Assembly (NCBI GenBank): GCA_030264375.1
Contig: JASCQW010000098.1
Location: forward strand, 63,890,362-63,954,361
Source of the DNA: Carcharhinus longimanus
Lineage: Eukaryota
DNA length: 64,000 nt
Direction: 5' to 3'
Positions within the stretch are counted from its first letter, which is position 1, and each line of letters begins with the position of its first letter. The translations under genes and the position numbers were made by a program. Below the pieces are notes generated by a model. The model ran no database searches. It was not told where the DNA came from and worked only from the letters and a program-made list of their open reading frames with translations. Positions 62,903-64,000 of this stretch are shown here, piece by piece.

Positions 62903-63552
62903 AGGGTGGTCACATAGTGATTAATATTCTCCTTCTCTTCCTGAACTTTACTATTAAACACCTAGCTTTCATAAATGACGTTAATAGAGGGCTCAAAGTG
63001 GGCTCTCAAAATTTCACACTGCCCCTCAGTGAGATCTAAGATGGGATATTGCTTGTAGCATTCTTCTTCACTTGTTAAGATTTTTTAACTTTTATTTGTG
63101 GAGGTTTCTTGTTCAATTCTATAGTGATCATAATTCTATAATTGAGATTGGAATTCCTTCTCGATCTCCCTTCATCTCAACAGTAGCAGATACTGAAATA
63201 TTCAAACCAAACATAGCTCACCAAACAGCCGATGTTCTGTTCAAAGCTGCAAACTGAAGTTTGAGCTTTTTTTGGCTTTTTTGCATTTAGTTCTCCTTGC
63301 AGAAATCAAAATCCGCTTGGTCCCAGTTATACACTTCTGACACCATATTCCATGTGGTGGACCCAATGGCCTCTGCCCAACTCCAATATGTAAATTTATA
63401 TCACAACATGGAAGGTCGCAAGAGTATGATAAGCCTCAATGCATAAAGGTATTTATCCAAATAGAGATACACTTAACATATTTTCAGGTTTCCTATGGAA
63501 CATTGGAGATCCCTTGCACCACTTTGCTCCCACCTCCCCCCCCACATCCCGG

Positions 63553-63583
<31 letters not shown>
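63553..63583. repeat. (CG)/(CA)n microsatellite
   Basis: GCGCGCGC followed by (AC)n. Confidence 0.95.
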
Positions 63584-64000
63584 CTCCCAGCATCTTTACA
63601 TATTCAAATGTGGCCCATGATTTCTTCCCCTCTCACTGCCCTTTAATGTTGCCCTGTAGTGAGTTCTCAATCCTCACTAAGCTGTTACTGTATAGTACAA
63701 TGAAATTTGATTTAATTTCATTTCATTGTAGCTAGCTTTGTACTGGTGTTAGGAAATAGGAGTTTTCACACAAACAATCAAGAGTAAAAAACTCAACCTC
63801 AGTCCCTTTGACACTTTCACTGTGGAACAGATGTAAACTCAAAAGAAATTTCTGTTTTCACAGGCCTTGTGAAAGGGCGGTAGATAAGCTTGTCACCTTG
63901 TGAAACAAGATGAAGTGGCAGAACCTTGAAATGAGCAGGTTTGCTGCCAGTTGCAGAGTTTATACTCACCTGCTGCACGTACTTCAACCCAGTCAATCAA

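Overview
This is eukaryotic, AT-rich, CpG-depleted vertebrate DNA from a gapped draft assembly (eight N runs). The repeat complement points to a cartilaginous fish, most likely a shark: HE1-type tRNA SINEs, Deu-domain SINEs of the SacSINE1 type and abundant CR1 LINE 3' ends. No host protein-coding gene, tRNA, rRNA or CRISPR array could be identified. The ORF track consists of chance ORFs, N-gap artefacts and decayed transposon frames, so the window is intronic or intergenic. Recognisable elements are CR1, L2, RTE and Rex1/Babar LINE fragments (several nested), three SINE families, Harbinger-like MITEs with a decayed Myb/SANT frame, a Gypsy gag-protease relic and a Penelope-like (PLE) RT fragment. 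The most notable signal is a set of about seven decayed minimal type-I hammerhead ribozyme motifs in three PLE-associated variants. One of these is a head-to-head pair flanked by an exact 12-bp direct repeat. Unique sequence also holds candidate Pbx-Hox/Meis enhancer clusters, CpG-retaining patches and a few unverified candidate exons. I found no convincing new biological system. All family names come from recalled motifs, not database searches, and element boundaries are approximate.
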